64,000 nt of DNA, taken from positions 32,001 through 96,000 of IMG/VR virus record IMGVR_UViG_3300005466_000024; one strand, written 5' to 3'. The notes below the pieces were generated by a model. That model searched no databases. It was not told the DNA's origin and was given only the letters and a program-made list of their open reading frames with translations. Positions 18,186 to 27,626 of this stretch are shown piece after piece. Each line of letters begins with the position of its first letter. The stretch's first letter is position 1. The translations under genes and the position numbers were made by a program. This stretch comes from a virus.

Positions 18186-19358
18186 CTATGCTGCGACGGG
18201 TGGTCGCCAGTCGGCCAGGTTGCCGCTGGCGGCGCGGCTCTTGTTGCAGGACTGGCAGCTGGGCACCAGGTTCTCCCGGCAGTTGTTCGAGGGGTCGCCG
18301 TCGATGTGGTCGACGTGGATGCCCGTGATGCCACCCCAGGTCAGGGTCGCCTCCCCGCCGTGCCAGTGGCACGCGTGGGGACCGGGCCCGATGGCATCGT
18401 AGAGCACCATACGGTGCTCTGGAATCTGGCCGGACTTGTCGGCTATGGGATGATTCGGCCGATAGAGGTAGATGTAGGCATACCGATACTTCTTTTGGCG
18501 ATGCAATGCCCGCAAGCAGGTTCGACATTGCCGCCATCCTGTGTTGGGATTGACGTACGTGTTCTCGGCCGTATATTCGTGGCCCTGTGCGCATTGTGTT
18601 TTGGCGGCATTACCGCCGTCCGTCCCACCACGATAACCATTGATGGCCTGGGTCACCGCCTCTAGGTGCCGCGGGTTCACGCACCGTTTGTTCTTGCAGA
18701 GGTGATCGAGCACCATCCCCTTCGGAATCGGACCAACGATCTGCTCCCACACGAAGCGATGCGCCATGTAGCGCTTGTCTGCCCCGTCCTGGATGAACCC
18801 GTGGCCCTGCCTCTTGTAGATCGGGCCGGTCCAGTTCCAGCACGGCGTGTCGAAGCCCTCAGGGATCGCGCCGACGACATAGCTGCCTTTCCATCGCTCG
18901 GCGGCTGGCGTGTGGTCCTTCAACGCCACCGTCACGTCGCCGTGCCGACGCATCCTTGCCCGATGCTTCTCGCAGTACAGCTTGCTGGTCTTGCGCTCCT
19001 CGCTGCACCCCTCGACTGTGCAGAATCGTCCCGGCTGCGGCCCCGGATGTGGTGTGACGACGGTGGGATCGCCGTAGGCCTTCCACCGCTGGTAGTGCTT
19101 GGTGCAATAGCCCTTTGCCCGCGCTTCGCGCGGGCAGGGCTCATCCTCACCCTCTTCGATAACCCCGCAGAACACCTTGACACTCTCGGTGGGTTCCAGA
19201 GGTGACCAGCCGGCTACCACCTTGCTGATCAAGGCCTGGCTGACACCGAACTGTGCGGCGAGCGCCGTCTGTCGCGTCCCCTGGGCATACAGTCGACGAA
19301 CTTCGTCGGTTTGCTCTCGACTTAGCTTGGCACGGCTCCGACGCCCCTCAGTCTCCAT
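18186..19358 (-). CDS. HNH endonuclease with N-terminal HTH, Cys/His zinc repeats and two HNH motifs
   Basis: RQTALAAQFGVSQALISKV (HTH). CxVEGC...YCxKH repeats. HRFVW...LDHLCKNKRCVNPRHL. HVDHIDGDPSNNCRENLVPSCQSCN. Confidence 0.85.
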   Translation of the reverse strand: METEGRRSRAKLSREQTDEVRRLYAQGTRQTALAAQFGVSQALISKVVAGWSPLEPTESVKVFCGVIEEGEDEPCPREARAKGYCTKHYQRWKAYGDPTVVTPHPGPQPGRFCTVEGCSEERKTSKLYCEKHRARMRRHGDVTVALKDHTPAAERWKGSYVVGAIPEGFDTPCWNWTGPIYKRQGHGFIQDGADKRYMAHRFVWEQIVGPIPKGMVLDHLCKNKRCVNPRHLEAVTQAINGYRGGTDGGNAAKTQCAQGHEYTAENTYVNPNTGWRQCRTCLRALHRQKKYRYAYIYLYRPNHPIADKSGQIPEHRMVLYDAIGPGPHACHWHGGEATLTWGGITGIHVDHIDGDPSNNCRENLVPSCQSCNKSRAASGNLADWRPPVAA

Positions 19359-19369
19359 GCAGCCGAGAC

Positions 19370-19388
19370 TATCACACTTGCTGTGATA
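19370..19388. promoter_or_regulatory. Operator-like palindrome TATCACA-N5-TGTGATA upstream of the HNH gene
   Basis: Perfect 7-bp inverted repeat 12 bp before the ATG, in an AT-rich spacer. Confidence 0.55.
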
Positions 19389-19413
19389 CGTTCAACTAAC
19401 TATGAATTGCCTG

Positions 19414-19761
19414 CTAGGTCATCGTGAAGGTCGGTGTGACCACGATTTGACCTTGGGCCCCCATGACCACTGAGGTGATGGTGTTGTTGTCGTAGTGGTT
19501 GTTGCCGGAGCTGGCTGAGGCGAGTAGCACGTAGGTGTAGGTGGCGGCGGCGACGTCGATGGTGACGGCCGAGCCGTTGACCACTCCGCCGGAGGCGGAG
19601 CCCCAGGTGGTGTTCTTCCTTGCGTATGCGGGGGAGCCGCCGGTGGCTTCGTTGGATGGTGTGGAGCTGGTGCCGGGGTTGCCGGTGGCCAGGCCGACCC
19701 ACGATCCGTAGCCCTTGTACGTGGTGGCCATGTTGTTGAGGGTGTCGGTTTCGATGACCAT
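19414..19761 (-). CDS. Small virion structural protein
   Basis: VGLATGNPGT...NEATGGSPAYARK motif seen in actinophage minor tail genes; GAGAGG RBS. Confidence 0.65.
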   Translation of the reverse strand: MVIETDTLNNMATTYKGYGSWVGLATGNPGTSSTPSNEATGGSPAYARKNTTWGSASGGVVNGSAVTIDVAAATYTYVLLASASSGNNHYDNNTITSVVMGAQGQIVVTPTFTMT

Positions 19762-19805
19762 GGGATTCCTCTCCCGAAGCGCGCGGGGACCTTCTCCCTT
19801 TAGGG

Positions 19806-20090
19806 GTGCGATACGATCCGGGCGTGTCTCCGCAGGATTTGCAGCGGCTTGCGCCGGTTGCCGCTCAGTTCGTCACCGGTGCCCCCGATGCCGCCGCGCA
19901 GATGGTGGGTTTGACGATCAACGTGCCCGGTTACGCGCAGCTGGCGCTGCAGGTTCTCGATCAGTCTCAGGTGGCCGAGACGGGGGTGAGTGTGCAGCTC
20001 ACCATCGATCAGATCTCCTTGGCCGATATGGCTGGTCTGCGCGATTCGATCAGCGCGGAGATCGCCCGGCTGACCACCGGGCAGGGGTGA
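19806..20090 (+). CDS. Hypothetical protein
   Basis: TGA/ATG overlap with the downstream methyltransferase; codon usage looks coding. Confidence 0.55.
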   Translation: MRYDPGVSPQDLQRLAPVAAQFVTGAPDAAAQMVGLTINVPGYAQLALQVLDQSQVAETGVSVQLTIDQISLADMAGLRDSISAEIARLTTGQG

Positions 20091-20824
20091 TGGCGCGCGA
20101 CTCGCTCAACGAGATCGCGTTGCGCCGTCACACGGACAAGAGTTCGGCCGGCCACAATTACTGTCCGATCTACGAGCGGTTGTTCGCCCATCTGCGGGAT
20201 AAACCGGTGGCCCTGCTCGAGTTGGGGGTGTTCGAGGGCGCCAGTCTGCGGACCTGGGCCGAGTACTTCACCCACCCGGACACCAGGATCGTCGGTATCG
20301 ATATCGACCTGGGTGTCGGCAACCATGCCGCGCAGCCGTTGTGGGGCCGCTACTACGGTTCCTATCAGCCGTTGCGCCAGTGCTACGGCCCACCACCGCC
20401 GGGTATCGCCACCTATCTGGGGGATCAGGCGGCGGTGCCCGCCGGGTTGACCGGCTGGCATCCCGACATCGTCATCGACGATGCCTCCCATGTTTCGTCC
20501 AAGACGATCGCTTCGTTCAAGACCTGGTTCCCGCTCCTGCGTCCTGGCGGCCTGTACGCCGTGGAGGATGTGAACACCTCCTACGACGTGCGGTGGGGGG
20601 CCGACGAGTCCAGTGCGGATCCGGACCGCCCGCCGCGGCCCGGCGGCCAGACGGCCATGCAGTTCCTGCGTCGGCTGGCCGATGAGGTGCAGGCCCAGAT
20701 ACCACAATCGGAGCATGTCGACCTCATTCGTCTTGCCCCGGAATACCATCTGGGATTCGATATCGACCGGTTGTGCTTTTATCCGAACATGGTTGTCGCC
20801 CACAAACGAGACACTGGTATTTGA
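20090..20824 (+). CDS. Class I SAM-dependent O-methyltransferase (MycE/TylE-like sugar methyltransferase)
   Basis: TDK...HNYCPIYE, LLELGV..GASLRTW, IVGIDI, DIVIDDASH, LLRPGGLYAVED. True start ATG 20090. Confidence 0.8.
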   Translation: MARDSLNEIALRRHTDKSSAGHNYCPIYERLFAHLRDKPVALLELGVFEGASLRTWAEYFTHPDTRIVGIDIDLGVGNHAAQPLWGRYYGSYQPLRQCYGPPPPGIATYLGDQAAVPAGLTGWHPDIVIDDASHVSSKTIASFKTWFPLLRPGGLYAVEDVNTSYDVRWGADESSADPDRPPRPGGQTAMQFLRRLADEVQAQIPQSEHVDLIRLAPEYHLGFDIDRLCFYPNMVVAHKRDTGI

Positions 20825-20828
20825 GTTA

Positions 20829-23800
20829 TCAGAACATCGCGAAGAACTGTCCGGACAGCGCGAGTACCCTTTCGTCGGCCAGGGCCGACAGGGTACCGGT
20901 ACCCGACAGTGTGCCCGCGCTGGCGGCGCCGAGGCTGGCGACGGCCACCAGGGTGCCCGTGCCGCCGATGACGGTGACACAGACGTACCTGGGGATGGGG
21001 ATGGCGGTCAGGGTGCCCGCGCCGAGGACGGTTGCCGCGGTGGTGGTGATCGCCGCTACGGTGGCGCTGAGCCCGCCGGTGCCGGACAGGTCGGCCGATT
21101 GGGCAACGGAGGCGGCCGTCGAGGCCGTCAGTGTGCCGTGGCCCTGCCATTGGCCCGTTTGCAGGATTCTGGCGACCGTGTTCGCCGTCAGTTGACCGGT
21201 TCCGTCCAGCGCAGCGGTTTCCGGGAATTTCGCGCTCGCGGACGCAGTCAGGGTGCCCGTGCCGGTGGTGGCTGCTGTGGTGTGGATGGAGAACATCCGG
21301 GCGGTGCCCGTCAGGGCACCGTGTCCGGTGAATTGGCCGGTGGTTCCCGAGGAACCCAGGGTGGCTGCTGTCAGGGCACCGTTGCCGCGCAGCACGGCCG
21401 ACCTGGTGAACTGGGCCGACCCGGTGGCGGTGAGCCTGCCGGTGCCGGACAGCGATGCGGGCGCAGTGATGCTGTAGAGCGTGGCGGTGGCGGTCAGTGC
21501 GCCCCGGCCGCTCAGGGTCGCTGGGCGCAGGTACCGTTCGTTCCCGGTGGCCGTCAGTTTTCCGGTGCCGGAGAGCGTCGCGGCAACCCGGATCTGGAAC
21601 ATCGTGGCCGTGGCGGTCAGTGTGCCGCGGCCCCCGAGTGCTGCGGTCCTGGCGAGCCGGGCGAACGCGGTGGCCGTCAGCTCCCCGTCGCCGCCGAATG
21701 CTGCGGTGGCCTGGATCTGGAACATTTGTGCGGTCGCGGTCAACGCGCCGTGGCCTGCGGGGGTGCACACCCGGTTGAATCCCGACTGGACCAGGTTCGT
21801 GAACGTGCCGCGACCGCTCAGTGGGGCAGCGAGGGTGAATTTGGTGGCGGCGGCCGTTACCGTCAGGGTGCCGTGTCCGGTGACGGCTGCGGTGACGGCG
21901 AACTTGCTCGAGGTCGTCGCCGTGAGTGTTCCGGTGCCCTGCAACGTGACAGTTGCGCGGATCTGGTACATCCGTGCGGTCGCGGTCAGCTGGCCGGTGC
22001 CGGGCAGTCCTGCCGTCCGGGAGTATTTCGGGTAGGCCGCTGCGGTTAGGGCACCGTTGCCGCGCAGCGGTGCGGTGATCGTGAATCGGGTGGCTGCTGC
22101 CGCCGCCGTTAGGGCACCGTTGCCGTTCGGTGCGAAGGTTCGCGTGAAGCTGGCATGGGCCGTCGCGGTCAGTCGTCCGGTTCCCGGGAGCACCGCCGCC
22201 GACTGGATCCGATACATGACGGCGGTCGCCGTGAACTGTCCGGTGCCCTTGATCCCCGCTGCGGCGGGGATCTTGGCGTAGACCGTTGCCGTGAGTCTGC
22301 CGATGCCGGTCAGGGGTGCTGTGACCAGGAATTTGGCGGTACCGGTCGCGGTCAACGTCCCGCGTCCGGCCAGCGCCGCCGCCAGCGTGAACTGTTTGGC
22401 CACCGCTGTCGCGGTCAGCCGGCCCGTGCCGGCGAACATGGCGGCGACCGCGAATCGGGCGGTGGCCGTGGCGGTCAGCGTGCCGCGGCCGGTCAGTGGT
22501 GCGTTCAGTGTGAACTTGGTGGCGGCGGCGGTGACCGTCAACCGGCCCGTACCGGCCAGCGTGGCAGTCGCAGCGAACTTGGCGGTAGCGGTCGCGGTGA
22601 GCCGCCCGGTGCCCTTCAACGGCGCGGTAAGGGTGAACTTGGTGGCGGTGGCGGCGGCAGCGAGTCGCCCGATACCGGTGGTGGGTGCGGTGCTGGCGAA
22701 CTTCGCGAACGCCGTGGAGGTGAGTCGCCCCGTCCCCTTCAGTGGCGTGGTGAGGACGAACTGTGTGGCTGCTGCCGTAGCGGTCAGCGTGCCTCGACCG
22801 TTCAACGCGGCAGTACGGGCGAATTTCGGTGCGGTGGTTGCCGACAGGATCCCTGTTCCTCGCAGGTTGCCGGTGACCGCAAAGATCTGTTTGGTGGTGG
22901 CGCTCAGTACGCCGTGACCGGTCGGGTTGCCGGTCGCGAATTCGCGTTCGATGACGGTCGCGGTGAGTCTGCCGGTGCCTGCCAGGGATGCGGCGACCGC
23001 GAATCGGGCGGTAGCCGTGGCGGTGAGGATTCCGCGCCCGCCCAGTGCTGCCGTGAGTGTGAACCTGGTGGCCGCCGCGGTCGCGGTCAATCGGCCCGTA
23101 CCGGCCAGTGCGGCGGTCCTGGTGAACTTGGCGGTGGCCGTAGCGGTCAGTGCACCGGTACCCCTCAGTGGTGCGCTGAAAGTGAATTTGGTGGCCACCG
23201 CGGTCGCGGTGAGCCTGCCGGTGCCCTTCAGGGCAACGGTCGCAGCGAACTTGGCGGTACCGGTTGCGGTGAGCCGCCCGGTGCCGGACAGCGGCGCGGT
23301 AAGGGTGAACTTGGTGGCCGTGGCGGTGGCCGTCAACCGGCCCGTACCAGCCAGCGTGGCGGTCGCCGCGAACTTGGCCAGTGTGGTGGCAGTCAAGCCG
23401 CCGGTGCCGGTGAAGCTCGCGGTGCGTGATGCGGGCCCCCCGGCCGACGCCGTCGCGGTGAGCTGGCCGTGGCCGACCATGTCGCCCGCGAACATCCACT
23501 GCATGAGCGTGTATGCGGCGCCGCCCGTGCCGCCCGCAGTGGTGGCAGAGGTATTGCCGCCACCACCGCCTGCGCCAGCTCCTTGGGCGCCGCCATTGCC
23601 ACCTGTGCCTCCTGTGCCGCCGTTGCGGCCGCCACCACCGCCACCGCCGCCACCGGGATTGCCGGAGCTGGCCGTGGTACCGGCACCACCATTGGTTCCG
23701 CTGGTGGTACCGCCGGTGCCACCGCCCGCCACGGAGGACGCGCCACCGTTCGCGCCGGCGCCCGCGGTACCGAGCTGCTGTCCACCACCGCCGCCACCAC

Positions 23801-24287
23801 CGGCGGCTTGCTGCCCGGTGGCGGCGGACGGCACGGTCGGCAAACTACTGCTGCCGCCGAAACCGGCGGTACCGGAGACCCCGGTTGTCGTGGTGGCGCC
23901 ACTGATGCCACTGGCCGTCGCCGTGCCCCCAGTGCCCGCCGTACCGGCCACATTGGAGGCGCCGTTGCCGCCCTTGTTGCCGCCGTTGGCGGTGATGGTC
24001 ACCGACCCGCTGGTGAATCGCGACAACGCGCCGTTGGTTTGCGACGCGCCGCCGCTGCCCACCGTCACCGAGTACGTGGACCCGAGCGTCGACACCGACT
24101 GCCAGCCGGTGTCGACGTATCCGGCGCCGCCGCCACCGCCACCACCGCAGCAGTTGCCGACACCGAGGTTGATGCCCGTACCGCCACCCCCGCCGCCGCC
24201 GTACGCGGTGAATCGCCATTGCAGGGCCCCCGTAGGAACCGCGACGTTGCTGCGAGTGACGTTGACTTCGCTGGTGGTGACCGTCAT
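20829..24287 (-). CDS. Long fibre protein: Gly-rich N-domain plus about 40 Ala/Thr-rich 20/21-aa repeats
   Basis: Repeat consensus F-x3-A-x-L-x-G-x-G-x-L-T-A; lies in the structural module. Confidence 0.75.
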   Translation of the reverse strand: MTVTTSEVNVTRSNVAVPTGALQWRFTAYGGGGGGGTGINLGVGNCCGGGGGGGAGYVDTGWQSVSTLGSTYSVTVGSGGASQTNGALSRFTSGSVTITANGGNKGGNGASNVAGTAGTGGTATASGISGATTTTGVSGTAGFGGSSSLPTVPSAATGQQAAGGGGGGGQQLGTAGAGANGGASSVAGGGTGGTTSGTNGGAGTTASSGNPGGGGGGGGGRNGGTGGTGGNGGAQGAGAGGGGGNTSATTAGGTGGAAYTLMQWMFAGDMVGHGQLTATASAGGPASRTASFTGTGGLTATTLAKFAATATLAGTGRLTATATATKFTLTAPLSGTGRLTATGTAKFAATVALKGTGRLTATAVATKFTFSAPLRGTGALTATATAKFTRTAALAGTGRLTATAAATRFTLTAALGGRGILTATATARFAVAASLAGTGRLTATVIEREFATGNPTGHGVLSATTKQIFAVTGNLRGTGILSATTAPKFARTAALNGRGTLTATAAATQFVLTTPLKGTGRLTSTAFAKFASTAPTTGIGRLAAAATATKFTLTAPLKGTGRLTATATAKFAATATLAGTGRLTVTAAATKFTLNAPLTGRGTLTATATARFAVAAMFAGTGRLTATAVAKQFTLAAALAGRGTLTATGTAKFLVTAPLTGIGRLTATVYAKIPAAAGIKGTGQFTATAVMYRIQSAAVLPGTGRLTATAHASFTRTFAPNGNGALTAAAAATRFTITAPLRGNGALTAAAYPKYSRTAGLPGTGQLTATARMYQIRATVTLQGTGTLTATTSSKFAVTAAVTGHGTLTVTAAATKFTLAAPLSGRGTFTNLVQSGFNRVCTPAGHGALTATAQMFQIQATAAFGGDGELTATAFARLARTAALGGRGTLTATATMFQIRVAATLSGTGKLTATGNERYLRPATLSGRGALTATATLYSITAPASLSGTGRLTATGSAQFTRSAVLRGNGALTAATLGSSGTTGQFTGHGALTGTARMFSIHTTAATTGTGTLTASASAKFPETAALDGTGQLTANTVARILQTGQWQGHGTLTASTAASVAQSADLSGTGGLSATVAAITTTAATVLGAGTLTAIPIPRYVCVTVIGGTGTLVAVASLGAASAGTLSGTGTLSALADERVLALSGQFFAMF

Positions 24288-24294
24288 CTACGGG

Positions 24295-24768
24295 TCACCC
24301 CACTGACGGGCGGATCGCCCCCACGGGGTCCACGGCCAGGCAGAAGAACACCGACTCGGCCGCATCGAACACCAGCCCGACGTGGTGGATCCTGCCGGGG
24401 CGGGTGACCCCCAGCAGTTGGGCCACCCCGGAGTCGCGGAACCACACGGGATCCCAGGTGATCTGCTGGGGGCTGCCGTTGTCGCTGATGCGCATCATCA
24501 ACCGGTGGTGGTCGGGGGGACTGCCGGTGGCCGACACGTACATGGCGGTGTCCTGGTTGGTGACGTTGAATGCGTCGTAGGCGCCGGCGTCGATGGTCAG
24601 GGTCGGTGTGCTGCGTTCTTCCCCCACCCGGGAGGTGGGGGCGAACAGCTCGAGGAGGGCCTCGATCCAGCCTCGAGTGGCGGCGTCGTCGTCGTGGGTG
24701 GGGTCGGCGACGTGCTGGGCGCGCCCACCCACCAGATCCACGCCCCCGTAGATCTTCTTCGCCGCCAT
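24295..24768 (-). CDS. Minor tail/fibre-associated protein
   Basis: VADPTHDDDAATRGWIE resembles the common 'ADPTxxxDAATKxYVD' phage fibre motif. Confidence 0.6.
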   Translation of the reverse strand: MAAKKIYGGVDLVGGRAQHVADPTHDDDAATRGWIEALLELFAPTSRVGEERSTPTLTIDAGAYDAFNVTNQDTAMYVSATGSPPDHHRLMMRISDNGSPQQITWDPVWFRDSGVAQLLGVTRPGRIHHVGLVFDAAESVFFCLAVDPVGAIRPSVG

Positions 24769-24793
24769 CGTGTCCTCCCTCGATGGGAGGCAC

Positions 24794-25633
24794 CTAGACC
24801 AGTTCGGCCCTTCCTGCCACCGGCTGCCCGAATGTGACCACCACCGTGTCGGGGGCCGGGTAGGACACCGGTGCCTCCACCCCTTCTCCGTTCACGATCA
24901 GGGCCACCGACGGGTAGTGGTCGAGGGGGTGCACGATGATCCACGGGTCGGCGGGGGTGGGCTGCTCGAAGGTGTAGCTGTCCGGCTCGGTGGCCCCCGC
25001 CGGTACCAGTACCACCCGCTGATCGGGCGGCACGACGACGACTGGGCCGGTGATGTTCACGGGTGTGCTGAAGTCCACCCCGAGCACCGGGTACGAGCAG
25101 ATCGGCAGGGTGGGGGCCAGTTTGCTGATGATGGCGCGCTGACCGATGACGTCCCAGCGTTCCTGCCCGAACCGGGTGCCGGTGCGCAGGCTGTCGCGGG
25201 TGACGGCCTGCACCCCGTAGAACCCCTCGAGTTCGGTGGCCCGCCCATTGGCGTCCCACTGCCGTACCCGGATGATGAAGTCGTGTTCGACGAGCAGCGG
25301 GTACCACTCGAACTGCGCTTCGCGGGAATCGGCCGCCCATATGCCCTGTTTGAGGAACTGCTCGGAGACGATGTGGTCGGCGAACAGGCCGTGGACCCGG
25401 CGCACATCCTTGATCGGCGGGTACATGGTGGTGCCGTAGCAGACCGAACATTCCCCGTCGGTGCTGGAGTACACGTCATCGTTACAGGCCGGGCAGCGCG
25501 GCGTGTCCTTGTCGATCTCGGGACGGGCCATGGACAGCAGTACGCACTGCTCGCCGGCCATCACCAGGGAGTCACGCACGTCCTGGCGGGTCGTCCGAAT
25601 ACAATAATCCTCAACCGATTTGATGGCGGTCAT
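24794..25633 (-). CDS. Head-closure/stopper-like protein with zinc finger
   Basis: RCPACNDD...ECSVCYGT; lies in the neck region; start coupled to the upstream stop. Confidence 0.55.
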   Translation of the reverse strand: MTAIKSVEDYCIRTTRQDVRDSLVMAGEQCVLLSMARPEIDKDTPRCPACNDDVYSSTDGECSVCYGTTMYPPIKDVRRVHGLFADHIVSEQFLKQGIWAADSREAQFEWYPLLVEHDFIIRVRQWDANGRATELEGFYGVQAVTRDSLRTGTRFGQERWDVIGQRAIISKLAPTLPICSYPVLGVDFSTPVNITGPVVVVPPDQRVVLVPAGATEPDSYTFEQPTPADPWIIVHPLDHYPSVALIVNGEGVEAPVSYPAPDTVVVTFGQPVAGRAELV

Positions 25634-26628
25634 CAGCCCTCCCCCGCCGAGCGGATCTTCTCCACGATGCGGGCTTTGTCGGTCACCCAACCCTCCCGGG
25701 CGTCGCCGTTCCAGGGCCACGGCCCGCGGTGGGGCTCGACCCGGTACAGGAAAGCCTGTCCGTGATCCCTCACGAGGTACTTCATCCAGTCGTCCGAATG
25801 CGTGAGGTCATGCTCGACCCACGTCCAGTGAGCCCGGTTGTCCAATCCGCCGTGGTACGGCGCATCGAGCCATGGCGCCTTGCCCTTGCGGGCGTCCAGT
25901 ACGGTACCGACCGGCAGGTCGTGGAAAGTAGCGTGATACCAGTCCACACCGACCGGGGTCGGGTCCGGGGGGTGGTCGCGGTAGCGTTGCTGCCAGCCAC
26001 GCTCGTCGTAGGCGTCCTGCGGGCCCAGGAAGTGGCCCTCGGACCCCTCGGGGTCGGTGCGATCGTCGAGGAGGAAGCCGGGTTCGCGCCACACGTCGGG
26101 GTCGCGGGGTGCGGCTACTCGGTGCGCGTGCCACGCGGCGACCCTCTCCCCGGCGATCGGAATTTCCAGCCAATCGTCGGGATGCTGCCGACGTATCCGA
26201 ATCGACTGGGGATTGACCCCATCCTTGCCCCTGAATCGGTAGTACTGACCCATCCATGGCTCGGCAGCGCTCGTATCACCGTCACCGGAAACAATCACCT
26301 GGTAGTGGGCCTTGGGATCCACGTTATTAGGGCCGACACCATAGGTGAGCTTATGGGTCGAGAACCTCTCGGCAGATTTGGGATCGGGAGTCCACCACTC
26401 CCCTAATCCCTTAGTTCCCAAATGGTTGAGTAGGTTCGGAGCCAAGGACAGATCCGACTTCCCGCCAAGAGCCGACTCCAATTGAGCAACGAGGTTGGGG
26501 GGCATATCTTCTCGCCGCAAAGCAATACCGCGATGCAAACGAGTAGGTGGACCACCATCCGGAACGAGTTGAGACATCCCCTGATGCCACACCGCCACCC
26601 TCTCGCGGGCCGTGAGGATGCGTCTCAT
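25633..26628 (-). CDS. Two-domain protein with putative ADP-ribosyltransferase-fold domains
   Basis: Starts MRRILTARERVAVW. Domain 1: LHRG...GEWWTPDPKSAERF. Domain 2: WYHAT.HDLPVGTVL...FLYRVEP...WVTDKARIVEKI (Arr-like). Confidence 0.55.
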   Translation of the reverse strand: MRRILTARERVAVWHQGMSQLVPDGGPPTRLHRGIALRREDMPPNLVAQLESALGGKSDLSLAPNLLNHLGTKGLGEWWTPDPKSAERFSTHKLTYGVGPNNVDPKAHYQVIVSGDGDTSAAEPWMGQYYRFRGKDGVNPQSIRIRRQHPDDWLEIPIAGERVAAWHAHRVAAPRDPDVWREPGFLLDDRTDPEGSEGHFLGPQDAYDERGWQQRYRDHPPDPTPVGVDWYHATFHDLPVGTVLDARKGKAPWLDAPYHGGLDNRAHWTWVEHDLTHSDDWMKYLVRDHGQAFLYRVEPHRGPWPWNGDAREGWVTDKARIVEKIRSAGEG

Positions 26629-27605
26629 CGGGGCCACTGCGATCCCCAGCTGATGGCCGGTGCCGCCGGGTAGAACCGCCACGCGCGGACAGCCGATGCG
26701 TAAGTTCCGCTGACGAACAGACCACGGGCGCCGCCGCCGTAGATGCCGCCGGCCACCAGCAGTGAGCCGCGTCCCATGCCGAGCAGTTTGCGCTTGGCCA
26801 TCTTGACCATCTTGACCCACTCCGGATATTCCTGGGCCAGGATTTGCGCCCACCGCTGCGAGTAGGCGGTGCGGTCGGTGTAGGTGACGTTCATGTTGGG
26901 GCGGGCCGGGATTTCGACGTAGGAGTCGCGCAGATGCCGGATCACCTCCAGGTAGGTGCCGACCACCTCGAGGCCCGCGAAGCTCGACGGTGGCGGGTTG
27001 GTGAGGTTCCAGTCCATGACGGGGAAGCCGGTGACGCTCATCCGGGTGGTGGCGATGCCCATCAGTTGGCTGATGCGTTCGCTGTCGAAGTGGGTTTGGA
27101 ACTCGTCCATCAGGTGGGGGCCACCCTCGGCGCTGTCGTAGAGATCGCCGAACATCCAGTTGACCTGCTCGACGACGAGCTTGTGCGCGTCGTCGAGGGT
27201 GTCGTAGATCGGCATCTGGTTGAGCACCTGCAGGTGGTCCAGGAAGGTCAGCAGCGTGCCGTTGACCTGGTAGGTCCATTGGGCGGTGAGCACGCCGCGC
27301 TGTCCGGTGAACTGGGGGCCGATCGGCATGTCGTACATGCCGGTGTCGACCCGGTTGATGCCGTCGGTGGTGTCGAGTACCAGGGTGCCCAGTGGGTCGT
27401 TGGTGGGTTGTACCTCCAGGGTGGGGTCCAGGTAGTACAGCTGGACGCGCAGGGTGCCGGGGTCGGCGTCCACCGCGGTGCCGTCGGGTTTGCGGATGTT
27501 CAGGGCGATGTATCCGTACCCGTTTTGGGATACGAATTTCCGCACCACGGATTGATCTTTGATCTTGGGAGAAAACACACCGATCCCAGACGGCTCAATT
27601 GCCAT
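26625..27605 (-). CDS. Head-to-tail adaptor/neck protein
   Basis: Position between head decoration genes and the stopper-like gene; helical C-half. Confidence 0.55.
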   Translation of the reverse strand: MAIEPSGIGVFSPKIKDQSVVRKFVSQNGYGYIALNIRKPDGTAVDADPGTLRVQLYYLDPTLEVQPTNDPLGTLVLDTTDGINRVDTGMYDMPIGPQFTGQRGVLTAQWTYQVNGTLLTFLDHLQVLNQMPIYDTLDDAHKLVVEQVNWMFGDLYDSAEGGPHLMDEFQTHFDSERISQLMGIATTRMSVTGFPVMDWNLTNPPPSSFAGLEVVGTYLEVIRHLRDSYVEIPARPNMNVTYTDRTAYSQRWAQILAQEYPEWVKMVKMAKRKLLGMGRGSLLVAGGIYGGGARGLFVSGTYASAVRAWRFYPAAPAISWGSQWPR

Positions 27606-27626
27606 GTCGAATCACCGGCCTACTTG

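Noticed and set aside
20829-24287. Repeats as a diversity-generating retroelement, CRISPR array or PE_PGRS gene
   Set aside because: No reverse transcriptase, no repeat-spacer structure and no PE domain. The repeats are in-frame coding units.
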